In this document: positions 48,774-59,075 of the stretch, piece by piece | How the letters are laid out: every line of letters begins with the position of its first letter | How positions within the stretch are numbered: position 1 is the first letter of the stretch | Assembly: GCA_963665815.1 (NCBI GenBank) | Contig: OY762463.1 | Location: 320,001 to 384,000, forward strand | Source of the DNA: Candidatus Cloacimonadales bacterium | GTDB lineage: Bacteria; Cloacimonadota; Cloacimonadia; Cloacimonadales; JAIOQZ01 | Length of the DNA: 64,000 nucleotides | Direction: 5' to 3' | Position numbers and translations under genes: made by a program | The notes under the pieces: model-generated | What the model was told of the DNA's origin: nothing | What the model saw: the letters and a program-made list of their open reading frames with translations, nothing else | The model's database searches: none

Positions 48774-51700
48774 ATGAAAAGAAATTTCATACTATTTTTG
48801 ATTTTTATAATATCACTCACTTTACAGGCAAAAGACTATATTAATCTTAACAAAGATTTTAATAAGGTCTCAACTTCAATTGTCAAACTCATAGACAGCA
48901 ATTATTTTAATTCAGATTCCGAACGTGATAAGTACTTAACTTCTTCTATTAAAGCTGGTTTCGTCAAAACAGAAATAACGAGATCCGGTACAGAAGAGCA
49001 ACTTTTTGTATATCTCAAACTAAAAGATGAGGGATCGCTTCAGACTCTTAACAGTTCATTTGCGATGCTGCAGGATTATGACAATAAAAACCATATTGCC
49101 GTAGTCTGGATTAATGAAAGTAATCTGAAAAGCATAATATCTTCTGATGAAGTTCTATCTGTTAAGCCTGTGCTGAAACCTGTTGTTAACACAGGATCAG
49201 CTTTAACTGAAGGTGACGGAATTCATAATGCAGATGATGTCAGATCAATTTATGGTGCAGCTGGACAGAATATAAAGATCGGTATAATATCAGATGGGGT
49301 TACATCCAGAGCTACAGCCCAGGCTTCAGGTGATCTACCAGCTGACGGATCGGGACTTACAGTTCTTGACAACTCAATTGGTGGAGAAGAAGGAACAGCA
49401 ATGCTGGAAATAGTCCATGATATTGTTCCGGATGCTGAACTTTATTTTCATTCATGTGGAAACAATACTGTAGCTTTTAACTCAGCAATTACAGATCTTG
49501 TTAATGCCGGATGCGATATTGTTTGCGATGATATTGGCTGGCTTACCCAGCCTGCTTTCTATGACGGCACTGTTGCCCAACATGTAGAAAGTATTCTGAA
49601 TGACAATAATGTTATTTACGTTTCATCTGCTGGTAATGCCGGAGCTTCACATTATCAGGGACAATTCTATAATGATGGTTCAGATTATCATGACTTCAGT
49701 GAAGGATCTGTTTTTAACAATGATCTTAGAATTGGTATGTCTACTAATACAAGTGTAAGAATTGTACTGCACTGGAACGATGAAGACGGTGCATCTGATA
49801 ATGATTATGACCTTTTTCTATTAAATTCTTCTGACACAGTTGTTGAGTCATCTGAGGATTCACAAAGTGGTTCAGGCACTCCGGTTGAGTTTATATCATT
49901 TGACACAGATGGTACTAATGACGGAACATATAAAATCAGAGTCTTGAATTACAGTGCTACCGGAAATGAGGAAATAGAAGTTTTTATTTACGGAAACTCA
50001 GGAGTTTCAATATATGGTGATAACATATCTCCTGTTGATGCTATTTTTGGTCATCCCGCAGTAGAAAATGCTGTAGCGGTTGGTGCAATCCGGGCAAGTG
50101 ATCCCGGGAACAATGATATTGAATACTTTTCATCTCAGGGCCCTGTAACAATAAGTACAGATCCATCTTCATCGACAATGCGAAGTAAACCTGATATCTG
50201 CGGAATAGATGGTGTTGCAATTACAGGATCAGGTGGATTCCCGAATCCTTTCTACGGCACAAGTGCATCAGCACCGCATATTGCGGCCTTAATGGGACAA
50301 CTTTGGAGTGCTAAACCTGAACTTACAGGTGATGAAGTCAGAGATGAGTTCTTACAGAATGCAGTAGATCTCGGTACAGCAGGATTTGACTATGTTTATG
50401 GAAATGGTAGAGCAGATTCTTATGATACGTTCACTGCAAATAAACCGGATGCTCCTGATTTGGTTACAGCCCTTAGTGTTAATCAAACTGATTTTACATT
50501 ATCATGGAACAGTGCAGTAAATGCTGATTCTTACAGGATAGATATCGCATCAGATGGTAACTTCACTTCTTTTGTTTCATCTTATCAGAATTATTCTGTT
50601 TCAGGAACAAGTCTGCTTGTTAATAACGGATTAACTTCCGGAACAGATTATTACGTAAGAGTAAGATCTGTTGACGGCATGATTTTCGGTGATAATTCGC
50701 ATGTTCTGGTTGTTCATACCAGTGAGAGTGCTGATAATTCATCTGGAGAAGTTACGGTTACTGCAAATCAGTCCGACGGAGGAGATGCTTTGAGTATTAC
50801 GTTTGCAGCAGAATCCGGAACGAGTTCCAATCCAGGACAGGTTTCAATATCTGTCTCTGAAAACGTTATGCCTGACAATATACCGGCAGAGCATACTGCG
50901 AGAGTTGTCAGAAGGGGAGTTGATATTGTTCCTCAGAATGATGCAGATAATGGCAACTTCGACTGTAGTATTGTATTTCATTATACAGATGAAGAGGTAA
51001 CCGGATTGACAGAAGAAGATCTGGTTTTATATAATTATTTTGATGGTGCATGGCATTATATTGGCGGAATAGTAAACACCTCTGCAAACACAATAACAGT
51101 TAATAATGTTAATCATCTCTCTGAATGGGTAGCATTTGACAGTGAAGGTGGAAGTCAGACCCTGCCAGTTGAAATGAGTTCTTATAACGGTGTTTATACA
51201 GGTGGTTCAATTTTATTGACATGGATCACAGAAAGTGAAAGTGATATGCTGGGTTATAACGTTTATAAATCTGAAAACATGGACATCATTAACTCAGAAA
51301 AACTGAACAGTACAATAATTCAGGCACAAAATCTTCCAAGTACTCATGAATACACATTTTATGATGATTTCCCCGGTGAAAAAAGTGAATACTGTTATTG
51401 GATAGAAAGTATTGGACTGGATAACAATTCCAAAATGTATGGACCTGTAAAAGTTTATATACCAAGAGAGAAAGATATTGAAGGATACAGTGTACGAGAA
51501 ACTTTTATTTATAATGTCTGTCCGAATCCATTTAACCCATCAACTGAAATCATGTTTGATTTAGCCGGTGAAAGTACTGATCTTGTAGATGCCAAAGTTA
51601 CGGTATATAATATAAAAGGTCAGAAAATTAAAACACTTCTTGACGAAAAGATAAATCCGGCATATAAATTCACTCTGCATTGGAACGGTGATGATGCTTC

Positions 51701-51788
51701 AGGTAAGCATTGTTCTTCCGGCATATATTTCATTATACTTGAGACTGACAATTTCAAGATGACAAGAAAAGCTGTTTTATTAAAATAA
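48774..51788 (+). CDS. Secreted S8/S53-like subtilase with FN3 and FlgD-Ig/T9SS-like C-terminal sorting domain
   Basis: IGIISDG, EEGTAMLEIVHD, SSAGN, KPDI, FYGTSASAPH; PNPFNPSTEI...VYNIKGQKIKTL...WNGDD.SG...SSGIYF. Confidence 0.9.
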   Translation: MKRNFILFLIFIISLTLQAKDYINLNKDFNKVSTSIVKLIDSNYFNSDSERDKYLTSSIKAGFVKTEITRSGTEEQLFVYLKLKDEGSLQTLNSSFAMLQDYDNKNHIAVVWINESNLKSIISSDEVLSVKPVLKPVVNTGSALTEGDGIHNADDVRSIYGAAGQNIKIGIISDGVTSRATAQASGDLPADGSGLTVLDNSIGGEEGTAMLEIVHDIVPDAELYFHSCGNNTVAFNSAITDLVNAGCDIVCDDIGWLTQPAFYDGTVAQHVESILNDNNVIYVSSAGNAGASHYQGQFYNDGSDYHDFSEGSVFNNDLRIGMSTNTSVRIVLHWNDEDGASDNDYDLFLLNSSDTVVESSEDSQSGSGTPVEFISFDTDGTNDGTYKIRVLNYSATGNEEIEVFIYGNSGVSIYGDNISPVDAIFGHPAVENAVAVGAIRASDPGNNDIEYFSSQGPVTISTDPSSSTMRSKPDICGIDGVAITGSGGFPNPFYGTSASAPHIAALMGQLWSAKPELTGDEVRDEFLQNAVDLGTAGFDYVYGNGRADSYDTFTANKPDAPDLVTALSVNQTDFTLSWNSAVNADSYRIDIASDGNFTSFVSSYQNYSVSGTSLLVNNGLTSGTDYYVRVRSVDGMIFGDNSHVLVVHTSESADNSSGEVTVTANQSDGGDALSITFAAESGTSSNPGQVSISVSENVMPDNIPAEHTARVVRRGVDIVPQNDADNGNFDCSIVFHYTDEEVTGLTEEDLVLYNYFDGAWHYIGGIVNTSANTITVNNVNHLSEWVAFDSEGGSQTLPVEMSSYNGVYTGGSILLTWITESESDMLGYNVYKSENMDIINSEKLNSTIIQAQNLPSTHEYTFYDDFPGEKSEYCYWIESIGLDNNSKMYGPVKVYIPREKDIEGYSVRETFIYNVCPNPFNPSTEIMFDLAGESTDLVDAKVTVYNIKGQKIKTLLDEKINPAYKFTLHWNGDDASGKHCSSGIYFIILETDNFKMTRKAVLLK

Positions 51789-51799
51789 AGGAGGATCAC

Positions 51800-52135
51800 A
51801 TGAATTTAGATCGTGATCTGCTGATTAAAGCACAATTTGTAGATAAGGCTTCAGGAAAACCTATAACTGGAGAAAAGTACTGGGTTAAAGTCATGGATAA
51901 AGACTTTCTTAAAGACGACTTTATTGACGCACCAAAGCTTGACGAAGAAGGAAAAATAGCAGTATTAACAACCAGAAGAGTAGTTAAGGAAGCCAATCCT
52001 GATATTTATTTCATTCTTCATATGGATGATAAAGTTATCTATAAAAGCAAAGTATTCAAGAATTCAAGATTTGATGATGGAGATGACAACTCTACTGCAC
52101 CATTAGAAAAAGATTTTGGTGTATTTAAAGTTTAA
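51800..52135 (+). CDS. Hypothetical protein (transthyretin-like fold possible)
   Basis: GGAGG RBS; VKVMDKDFLKDD and PDIYF pattern. Confidence 0.6.
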   Translation: MNLDRDLLIKAQFVDKASGKPITGEKYWVKVMDKDFLKDDFIDAPKLDEEGKIAVLTTRRVVKEANPDIYFILHMDDKVIYKSKVFKNSRFDDGDDNSTAPLEKDFGVFKV

Positions 52136-52145
52136 TATTCTGTTT

Positions 52146-52184
52146 AGAAAAGCTGATGTTGTTTACGACGTCAGCTTTTCTTTT
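52146..52184 (+). terminator. Rho-independent terminator
   Basis: AGAAAAGCTGATGTTG-TTTA-CGACGTCAGCTTTTCT followed by TTT. Confidence 0.8.
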
Positions 52185-52290
52185 GATAGAATAATAAGTG
52201 TAACATCTAATTTCTGAACTAGTATAAATAGATTGACAGAAAAATTCAATGGCTGATATTGATAATACTAATTGAATTCAAGGAGATAAA

Positions 52291-53649
52291 ATGATAAATC
52301 AACAAATATTCAGGCAATATGATGTGAGAGGAATTGTAGATAAAGACCTTACAGACGAAACAGTATTTTTACTTGGTAAGGGATTTGGAACTTTTGTACG
52401 AAGGAAAAACATGAACACCGTAACGATTGGTGGAGATGCCAGATTAAGTTCACCTCGATTTAAGAAACAGTTTACTGCCGGCCTGATTGAAACAGGTTGT
52501 AAAGTATTTGATGTTGGTATACTTGCTACTCCTGTATTGTATTTTTCAATTGCTGAGTTAAAGTGTGATGCTGGCGTTATGATTACAGGAAGCCATAATC
52601 CTCCGGAATTTAACGGTTTTAAAATGAATATTGGATTAATGAGTATTTTTGGTGATGATATTCAGGAAATATATAAGATTATCAGTGAAGAATCCTTTGA
52701 GAAGGGAGAAGGTACTGTTGAAGTAATAGAAGGGATGATTAAGATCTATCAGGATTATATCGTTAATAACATAAAACTGGAAAGAAAGGTAAAAGTAATT
52801 GTTGATGCCGGTAATGGAGCCGGAGGTCCTATAATTCCTGATATCTTAAGAAGAATCGGTTGCGATGTTATTGAGTTATATTGCGAAATGGACGGAACAT
52901 TCCCTAATCATCATCCGGATCCTACAGTTATTGAGTATATTCAGGATTTAATCAAAAAAGTTAAAGAATCAGACGCTGAAGTTGGTCTTGGTCTTGACGG
53001 AGATGCAGACCGTATCGGTGTAGTTGATGAGAACGGCGATATTCTTTTTGGTGATCAGATTCTCAATGTTTTTGCAAGAGATTTTCTGGCAAACAATCCC
53101 GGTGAAAAAGTCATGGCTGATGTTAAAACATCAAAGGTATTTTATGATGATATTGCCAGACATGGTGGTATTCCAATGATGTACAAAACCGGTCACTCTA
53201 TGATTAAAAAACAGATGGTTAAGGAAAATGTTAAAATGGGTGGTGAAATGAGTGGTCATATCTTCTTCAAGGATCGTTTCTTTGGATTTGATGATGCTAT
53301 TTATGCTTGCTGCCGATTTGTAGAAATTATGTCCAAGACTGATAAAAAAGTCAGTGAGTTTCTGGCTGATCAACCAAAAATGTTTAATACACCTGAGATC
53401 AGAGTGGATTGTCCTGATGAAATCAAGTTTGATATCGTTGATAAAGTAAGAGATTCATTCATTGATGAAGGTGCAAATGTAAACGATATTGATGGTATGA
53501 GAATTACCTTTGATGATGGGTGGGGGCTTGTAAGAGCTTCTAATACACAGCCTGTTCTGGTTACAAGATTTGAAGCTGAGACTGAATCTCGTCTTCTGGA
53601 AATAAGAGAGTTAATTGAAAAAAGAATAGAAAAAATAAAAAACTCATAG
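52291..53649 (+). CDS. Phosphomannomutase/phosphoglucomutase
   Basis: FRQYDVRG, ITGSHNPPEFNG, DGDADR, GEMSGH, RASNTQP. Confidence 0.96.
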   Translation: MINQQIFRQYDVRGIVDKDLTDETVFLLGKGFGTFVRRKNMNTVTIGGDARLSSPRFKKQFTAGLIETGCKVFDVGILATPVLYFSIAELKCDAGVMITGSHNPPEFNGFKMNIGLMSIFGDDIQEIYKIISEESFEKGEGTVEVIEGMIKIYQDYIVNNIKLERKVKVIVDAGNGAGGPIIPDILRRIGCDVIELYCEMDGTFPNHHPDPTVIEYIQDLIKKVKESDAEVGLGLDGDADRIGVVDENGDILFGDQILNVFARDFLANNPGEKVMADVKTSKVFYDDIARHGGIPMMYKTGHSMIKKQMVKENVKMGGEMSGHIFFKDRFFGFDDAIYACCRFVEIMSKTDKKVSEFLADQPKMFNTPEIRVDCPDEIKFDIVDKVRDSFIDEGANVNDIDGMRITFDDGWGLVRASNTQPVLVTRFEAETESRLLEIRELIEKRIEKIKNS

Positions 53650-53661
53650 AAGGAGAAGGTT

Positions 53662-54474
53662 GTGCGGATAACAAAACTTTTACTTGCATTAGTATTCGCA
53701 GTATTGTTTTTTCCATTACTGAGTCAGGTGCCTGACAGTCTCGTATTTGTGAAAGGCGGAGAATTCATGATGGGAAACTCTAAAGGTGGAGCAGATGAAG
53801 ATCCTCCACACAAGGTTAGTGTCAGCAGTTTTTATATTTCTAAGTATGAAGTTACTCAGAAAGAATGGGAAGAACTTATGTCTCATAACAGATCCTATAG
53901 TAAGGATCCGAATAATCCTGTTGAGAAAGTCAGCTGGTACGAAGCTGTGGATTTTTGTAATAGAATGAGTTTGAAGCAAGGACTTCAACCATGTTATATT
54001 ATCAAGGGAATAGACGTTAAATGTGATTTCACTAAAAATGGTTACAGGTTACCAACTGAAGCCGAGTGGGAATATGCCGCCCGTGGTGGTAATTTAATGA
54101 AAGACACATCCTATTCCGGTGAAAATAAAGTAGACAAAGTTGCATGGTACGCTTCGAATGCAAATAAATTGACCAGTGTTCCAGGTAAGAAAATACCTAA
54201 TGAACTTGGTTTGTATGATATGAGTGGAAATGTCTGGGAATGGTGCTGGGACTGGTATCAGGACAACTATTACAGGAAATCTGAATCAAGGAATCCTAAA
54301 GGTGTTCAAAATGGTGCATATGCTCCATCCGGAAGTTCCTATAAAGTAAGAAGAGGCGGAAGCTGGAATTATGGATCTGATGGTTGCAGAGTTTCATTCA
54401 GATACATGGGAGTTCCATCTTTCAGGAGTTATGATATTGGTTTCAGAGTTGTAAGATCTGCAATAGAAGACTGA
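53662..54474 (+). CDS. Formylglycine-generating-enzyme (FGE-sulfatase) domain protein, exported
   Basis: F.MG, YEVTQ, PVE.VSW, YRLPTEAEWEYAARGG, NELGLYDMSGNVWEW, RGGSW, GFRVVR. Confidence 0.92.
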   Translation: MRITKLLLALVFAVLFFPLLSQVPDSLVFVKGGEFMMGNSKGGADEDPPHKVSVSSFYISKYEVTQKEWEELMSHNRSYSKDPNNPVEKVSWYEAVDFCNRMSLKQGLQPCYIIKGIDVKCDFTKNGYRLPTEAEWEYAARGGNLMKDTSYSGENKVDKVAWYASNANKLTSVPGKKIPNELGLYDMSGNVWEWCWDWYQDNYYRKSESRNPKGVQNGAYAPSGSSYKVRRGGSWNYGSDGCRVSFRYMGVPSFRSYDIGFRVVRSAIED

Positions 54475-54533
54475 TGTTTAATAAAAGTGCAATTAATTGT
54501 TGCATAAATATCACAAAAAAATAGATTTTGATT

Positions 54534-54568
54534 GAGGGAGAGAAACGCAAACTCTCCCTCTTTTTTTT
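54534..54568 (+). terminator. Rho-independent terminator
   Basis: GAGGGAGAG...CTCTCCCTC followed by a T-run. Confidence 0.8.
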
Positions 54569-54590
54569 CGGGAGACTAAAGGAAGTTGAA

Positions 54591-57479
54591 GTGAAGAGTT
54601 CAGAGTATAGTAATTTTAAATTGATTAATGAGCGGTATATATCAGAGATTAAATCAGATGTTTATCATTTTATACACAATGTTACTAAAACTCCAATAAT
54701 TTATATTTCCAATGATGACAATGATAAATTTATGAGTATAAGCTTCAACACTCCCCCTGAGGATGACTCCGGCAAATCTCATATACTTGAACATCTTGTG
54801 CTTAAGAAATCAAAAAAATACAGGACGGAAAATCTTATTGCAAAAGTAAGTGAGGAAGCTCTGGTAAATTATGCTCAGGCATTTACAATAAATGATAAAA
54901 CCGTTTTTCCATTTTCAACTTCAAATGAAAAGGAATTTATCAATGTAATGGATTTCTATCTAGATAGTGTTTTTAATCCTGCTTTTTACGATGAACCGGA
55001 ATTATTCAGGAAAGAAGTCTGGAGATACATTTATAACGTAGATGAAGATGAATTGAAATTAAATGGTGTTGTTCTTAATGAAATGCTGGGTTATTTTGCA
55101 AACCCGGAGCAACTATTATACATATTGTCTGCTAATTCTTTATTCCCTGACACAAATCTCAAATACAATTTTGCAGGATTACCACGTGAAATTATTAAGC
55201 TATCTAATCAGGATATCATCAACTATCATAAAAAACATTTTCATCCTTCAAACAGTTGTATTGTGATATATGGAAATGGTGAAATAAGTGAGCATCTTAA
55301 ATTTATTGATGAGAATTACCTTAGTAAGTACGAATATCTTGAACCGGTTAAAACTATTCTACAGAATTGTAGATTTACTGAACCGTGTATAGGACGTTAC
55401 AAATATAATATTGATGAATATGATGAGAGAGAAAACAAGAGCTTTTATAATATAAATTTCCTGCTGAAAAACAGTGATCCTATAGATATTGCCGGATTCA
55501 AAATACTAAAAACAATATTGTGTGATTTACCGGGATCACTTGTTAAAAAACATTTTGAAGAAAAATATCCGGAATGCAGTATTTCTGCTGAATTGGATTA
55601 TTTTTCTGTACAGCCATTTTTCTGTGTATCTGTTTCCGGATTGAACGAAGGCATGCATAGTGAAATTTATAATCTTCTTATAACTATACTTGAAGAAGCT
55701 GTTAGAAATGGTATTAATACTGAACTGATTAATTCCGCTGTTCATATGTTCGAGTTTAAACAGCGTGAAAACCATCATAATTTTTTCTCTAAAGGAACAA
55801 TATATACTCTCAATATTACAAACAGAATTTTCTCAGGTAAATCCCCAATGGATATCCTTCAATACGAAGGAATTATTGATACAGTTAAAGAGAGAATGAT
55901 GTCCGGTTTTTTTGAAGATTTGATCAAAATGCACCTGCTGGATAATCCCCATGCCGGTGTTACATCAACTGAGCCTGATTATGATGTTGATCAGAAACAG
56001 AATACTGAAATGAAGGTTTACCTTGAGCAGACCAAAAATTCTTTCGATAAATCAAAACTCTTACAGTTTTCTTCTGAATATCTGTCAGAAAGTGATAAGA
56101 AAGCAGAGACTCTTTCAAAATTGTATAAAATTGATATTGATGATGTTAAATATGAAGAGGAAATTGTATTTTCAGAATCTTGTATAAACTCAATCAATAT
56201 TAAAGTATCAGAGCATTTTACAAATAAAATTGTTTATGCTGATTTCTCGTTTGATATTTCTGACTTCAGTACTGATGAAATGCAGCGTGCAGTTGTTTTA
56301 ACTGAGATTTTAGGAAAATCTTTTAATGATAACGATCCCAATTGTAACTTAATCTATAAATTGAAGAATTCCACAGGTTATTTTGAGTGTTTGGTTGAGC
56401 CTTACGAAAATGTAAAAAACAACACCGTAAAAGTATTTTTTAATGTTAAGACTAAATTCCTTTATGCTGAGACATCACAAGCTATAAAGGCAATTGCAGA
56501 TGTTTTGTCAGAATTTGAGATAAGTAATACGGAAATGCTTAAAACATCAATTAATAAAACTGAAATGCAGCTCAACAGAATATTTCTTTCGAATACTTAT
56601 TCTACAGCATTAACAAGAGCCGGATCTTATATAAACAAATTTTTTCACAAGAGAGATATAGTTGCGAATATCAGTCTTTACAGGAAACTGGAGCAGTTTT
56701 CAACTGAAATATCCGATTCAAAATTTGTAAATATTTTCAAGACTGTTATGAAGAAAATATTATGCAGAAATAGACTCACGACAATAGTAACTACTGATTC
56801 AGGAACTGGGAAAATCGTTGCTGAGGATATTGCAAAAACTTTCTCAGTCTTTCCAGTAGATGATATCACATCAGTAAAAAATGATGAGTTTGGCAGGTTT
56901 CATAATGAAGCTTTTATCGTTCCCTCTCATGTACAGGATTTATCATATTGTGTTGCATTAAACCTCAAAGACGAAGAAACTCCCGGTTCAATAATGCTTT
57001 TTAACAAAATTATCAGGAAATTGATGTTTGATTATTCAAGAAGCGAAGGTGGGGGATACGGAGCATTTTCAACAATAAATATGAATGGTGATTTCTTTAT
57101 TACTTCTTATAGAGATCCGGATTTTATGAGAACCATAGAGAAAATTGAAGATCTTAAAAAAGTATTCTTTTCACTAGGGCATAATGATGACTCATTGAAA
57201 TCTCAGAAATTGAATGTTCTTGGGAAACTAAACGCTCCTCTAAGTCCTGATCATTTTCATAACAGAAATGTTCGCAGGGTTTATGGTGGATACACTTACC
57301 AGTATCTTACTGAGATTACAGATAGTATTAAGCATGCTGATATTGATTCTATCAGCAGAATCGTGGAGAAGTTTGATTCACTTTCTGAAAAAGGGATGTA
57401 TTGTGTATTCGGTGACGAGAAAGCTTTTTCCGGTAAGACATTCATGTTTCAGTCGATTGAGAGATTAATAAATAGATAA
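54591..57479 (+). CDS. M16C (insulinase/presequence protease-like) zinc peptidase
   Basis: HILEH (HxxEH), GVVLNEM.G, HFHPSN, R.EGGGYGA, SYRDP; GTG start placed after the terminator. Confidence 0.9.
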   Translation: MKSSEYSNFKLINERYISEIKSDVYHFIHNVTKTPIIYISNDDNDKFMSISFNTPPEDDSGKSHILEHLVLKKSKKYRTENLIAKVSEEALVNYAQAFTINDKTVFPFSTSNEKEFINVMDFYLDSVFNPAFYDEPELFRKEVWRYIYNVDEDELKLNGVVLNEMLGYFANPEQLLYILSANSLFPDTNLKYNFAGLPREIIKLSNQDIINYHKKHFHPSNSCIVIYGNGEISEHLKFIDENYLSKYEYLEPVKTILQNCRFTEPCIGRYKYNIDEYDERENKSFYNINFLLKNSDPIDIAGFKILKTILCDLPGSLVKKHFEEKYPECSISAELDYFSVQPFFCVSVSGLNEGMHSEIYNLLITILEEAVRNGINTELINSAVHMFEFKQRENHHNFFSKGTIYTLNITNRIFSGKSPMDILQYEGIIDTVKERMMSGFFEDLIKMHLLDNPHAGVTSTEPDYDVDQKQNTEMKVYLEQTKNSFDKSKLLQFSSEYLSESDKKAETLSKLYKIDIDDVKYEEEIVFSESCINSINIKVSEHFTNKIVYADFSFDISDFSTDEMQRAVVLTEILGKSFNDNDPNCNLIYKLKNSTGYFECLVEPYENVKNNTVKVFFNVKTKFLYAETSQAIKAIADVLSEFEISNTEMLKTSINKTEMQLNRIFLSNTYSTALTRAGSYINKFFHKRDIVANISLYRKLEQFSTEISDSKFVNIFKTVMKKILCRNRLTTIVTTDSGTGKIVAEDIAKTFSVFPVDDITSVKNDEFGRFHNEAFIVPSHVQDLSYCVALNLKDEETPGSIMLFNKIIRKLMFDYSRSEGGGYGAFSTINMNGDFFITSYRDPDFMRTIEKIEDLKKVFFSLGHNDDSLKSQKLNVLGKLNAPLSPDHFHNRNVRRVYGGYTYQYLTEITDSIKHADIDSISRIVEKFDSLSEKGMYCVFGDEKAFSGKTFMFQSIERLINR

Positions 57480-57630
57480 TAATCACAGATTACAATTTTA
57501 TGTTTACACTGTATTAACACTAATTTAAAATAAATTTTGGTTGTATCGGATAAAAAGCTTGACTTTATTCCTTAAACGGTTGTTTTTTTTATTGTAGAAA
57601 AAAATTCAATATAGTGAGAACTAATACATC

Positions 57631-58968
57631 ATGAATAACATTGATAATCCACTGAACGTAATTATTATTGATGACGAACCTGTCGTAAGACACATGATCG
57701 TCAGCATACTGAACAGATATGAATATCAGGTTCAGGAAGCCTCTAATGGTAGAGATGGTATCAGTTACATTCAGAATCATGATGTGGATATCGTTATTGT
57801 TGATTTAATGATGCCGGAAATCTCAGGTTATGATGTTATTAGTTTTGTTACAAATTATGATCCGGATTTACCGATTATTGCTGTTTCAGGACTGGAAGAT
57901 GTGTCTAAAATTATGCAGGCTATAAGAACCGGTGCATGGGATTTTCTGCTCAAACCAATATCTTCAATGGGGATACTTAACTTATGCCTTAAACGTAATT
58001 ATGAAAGATCATTATTGCGTCGGGAAAACAGAAAATACAAGGAAAATCTGGAAATCGAGATCAAGAACAGAACTATTGAATTAGAAAAACGAACAATTGA
58101 GCTTGAAAAAGAGGTTGTTAGCAGAAAGAGTGCCGAGGAAAAACTTAAAGAACTCAATCTGAATCTGGAAGAACTGGTTAATAAGAGAACTCAGGAGTTA
58201 AAGTCAACAAATGAAGAGCTTAAAGAGACTCTTGAAAAACTGAGACAGGATGAGAAATCCGGAAGATCAATTCAGTTTAAACTGCTACCTCCCGAGAAGA
58301 AAGTTATCAATGGTTATGAGTTCAGCAGGTATCTGATTCCATCAACCATTCTGAGCGGTGATTTTCTTGACTATTTTGAGATTGATGATGATAACATCGG
58401 TTTTTACATGGCTGATGTATCTGGTCATGGTGTTTCTTCTGCCTTTGTAACTGTATTACTGAAATCATTTGTTAATCAGATGTTGACTAACTACAAAACA
58501 GATAGAGACAGAACAATCCTTAACCCGGCTGAACTACTCCGAAAACTAAATCTCGAAGTTATATCACAGGATCTGGACAAGTTTCTTACAATGTGTTATT
58601 CAGTAATAAACAAAAAAACAAATATTATGGTCTCATCCAATGGCGGCCAGTTCCCATTTCCAATACTTATCAGTAAGGATAGGAAGTCCTATATCAGAAA
58701 AAAGGGATATCCTGTTGGTGTGTTTGATCATTTTACATATGATGAATATAAGATTGAACTGCCGGAAGAGTTTACATTTATTCATGTTTCAGATGGTATT
58801 TTTGAAGTGATGCCTTATGAAAATCCCGAAGAAATGCATAGTTATCTTCTTGATAAACTCTCGGAACCTGATATTGAGCTTGTCGATCTGATCAAGAAGT
58901 TAGAACTCAGTGAGTTTAACAATCCTGATGACATCACTTTCCTTAAGCTGAAAAAAAGAAAATTCTGA
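57631..58968 (+). CDS. Response regulator with PP2C/SpoIIE phosphatase output (paralog of 35222-36511)
   Basis: IIDDE, IVDLMMP, GAWDFLLKP; coiled coil; SGDFLDYF, ADVSGHG, SDG, DDIT. Confidence 0.93.
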   Translation: MNNIDNPLNVIIIDDEPVVRHMIVSILNRYEYQVQEASNGRDGISYIQNHDVDIVIVDLMMPEISGYDVISFVTNYDPDLPIIAVSGLEDVSKIMQAIRTGAWDFLLKPISSMGILNLCLKRNYERSLLRRENRKYKENLEIEIKNRTIELEKRTIELEKEVVSRKSAEEKLKELNLNLEELVNKRTQELKSTNEELKETLEKLRQDEKSGRSIQFKLLPPEKKVINGYEFSRYLIPSTILSGDFLDYFEIDDDNIGFYMADVSGHGVSSAFVTVLLKSFVNQMLTNYKTDRDRTILNPAELLRKLNLEVISQDLDKFLTMCYSVINKKTNIMVSSNGGQFPFPILISKDRKSYIRKKGYPVGVFDHFTYDEYKIELPEEFTFIHVSDGIFEVMPYENPEEMHSYLLDKLSEPDIELVDLIKKLELSEFNNPDDITFLKLKKRKF

Positions 58969-59075
58969 TTTCTCTATCAACACTTAGCAATTCTTTATCT
59001 ATTCTCTCAAAAAAAAACTTGCATTTAATTACGATATTATGAAATTCTTGGACCAAATAAAAATTTGGAGGATCC

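Noticed and set aside
53662-54474. FGE-sulfatase (C-type-lectin-fold) gene as a diversity-generating retroelement target
   Set aside because: No reverse transcriptase and no second copy of its 3' end with A-specific mismatches seen in the window
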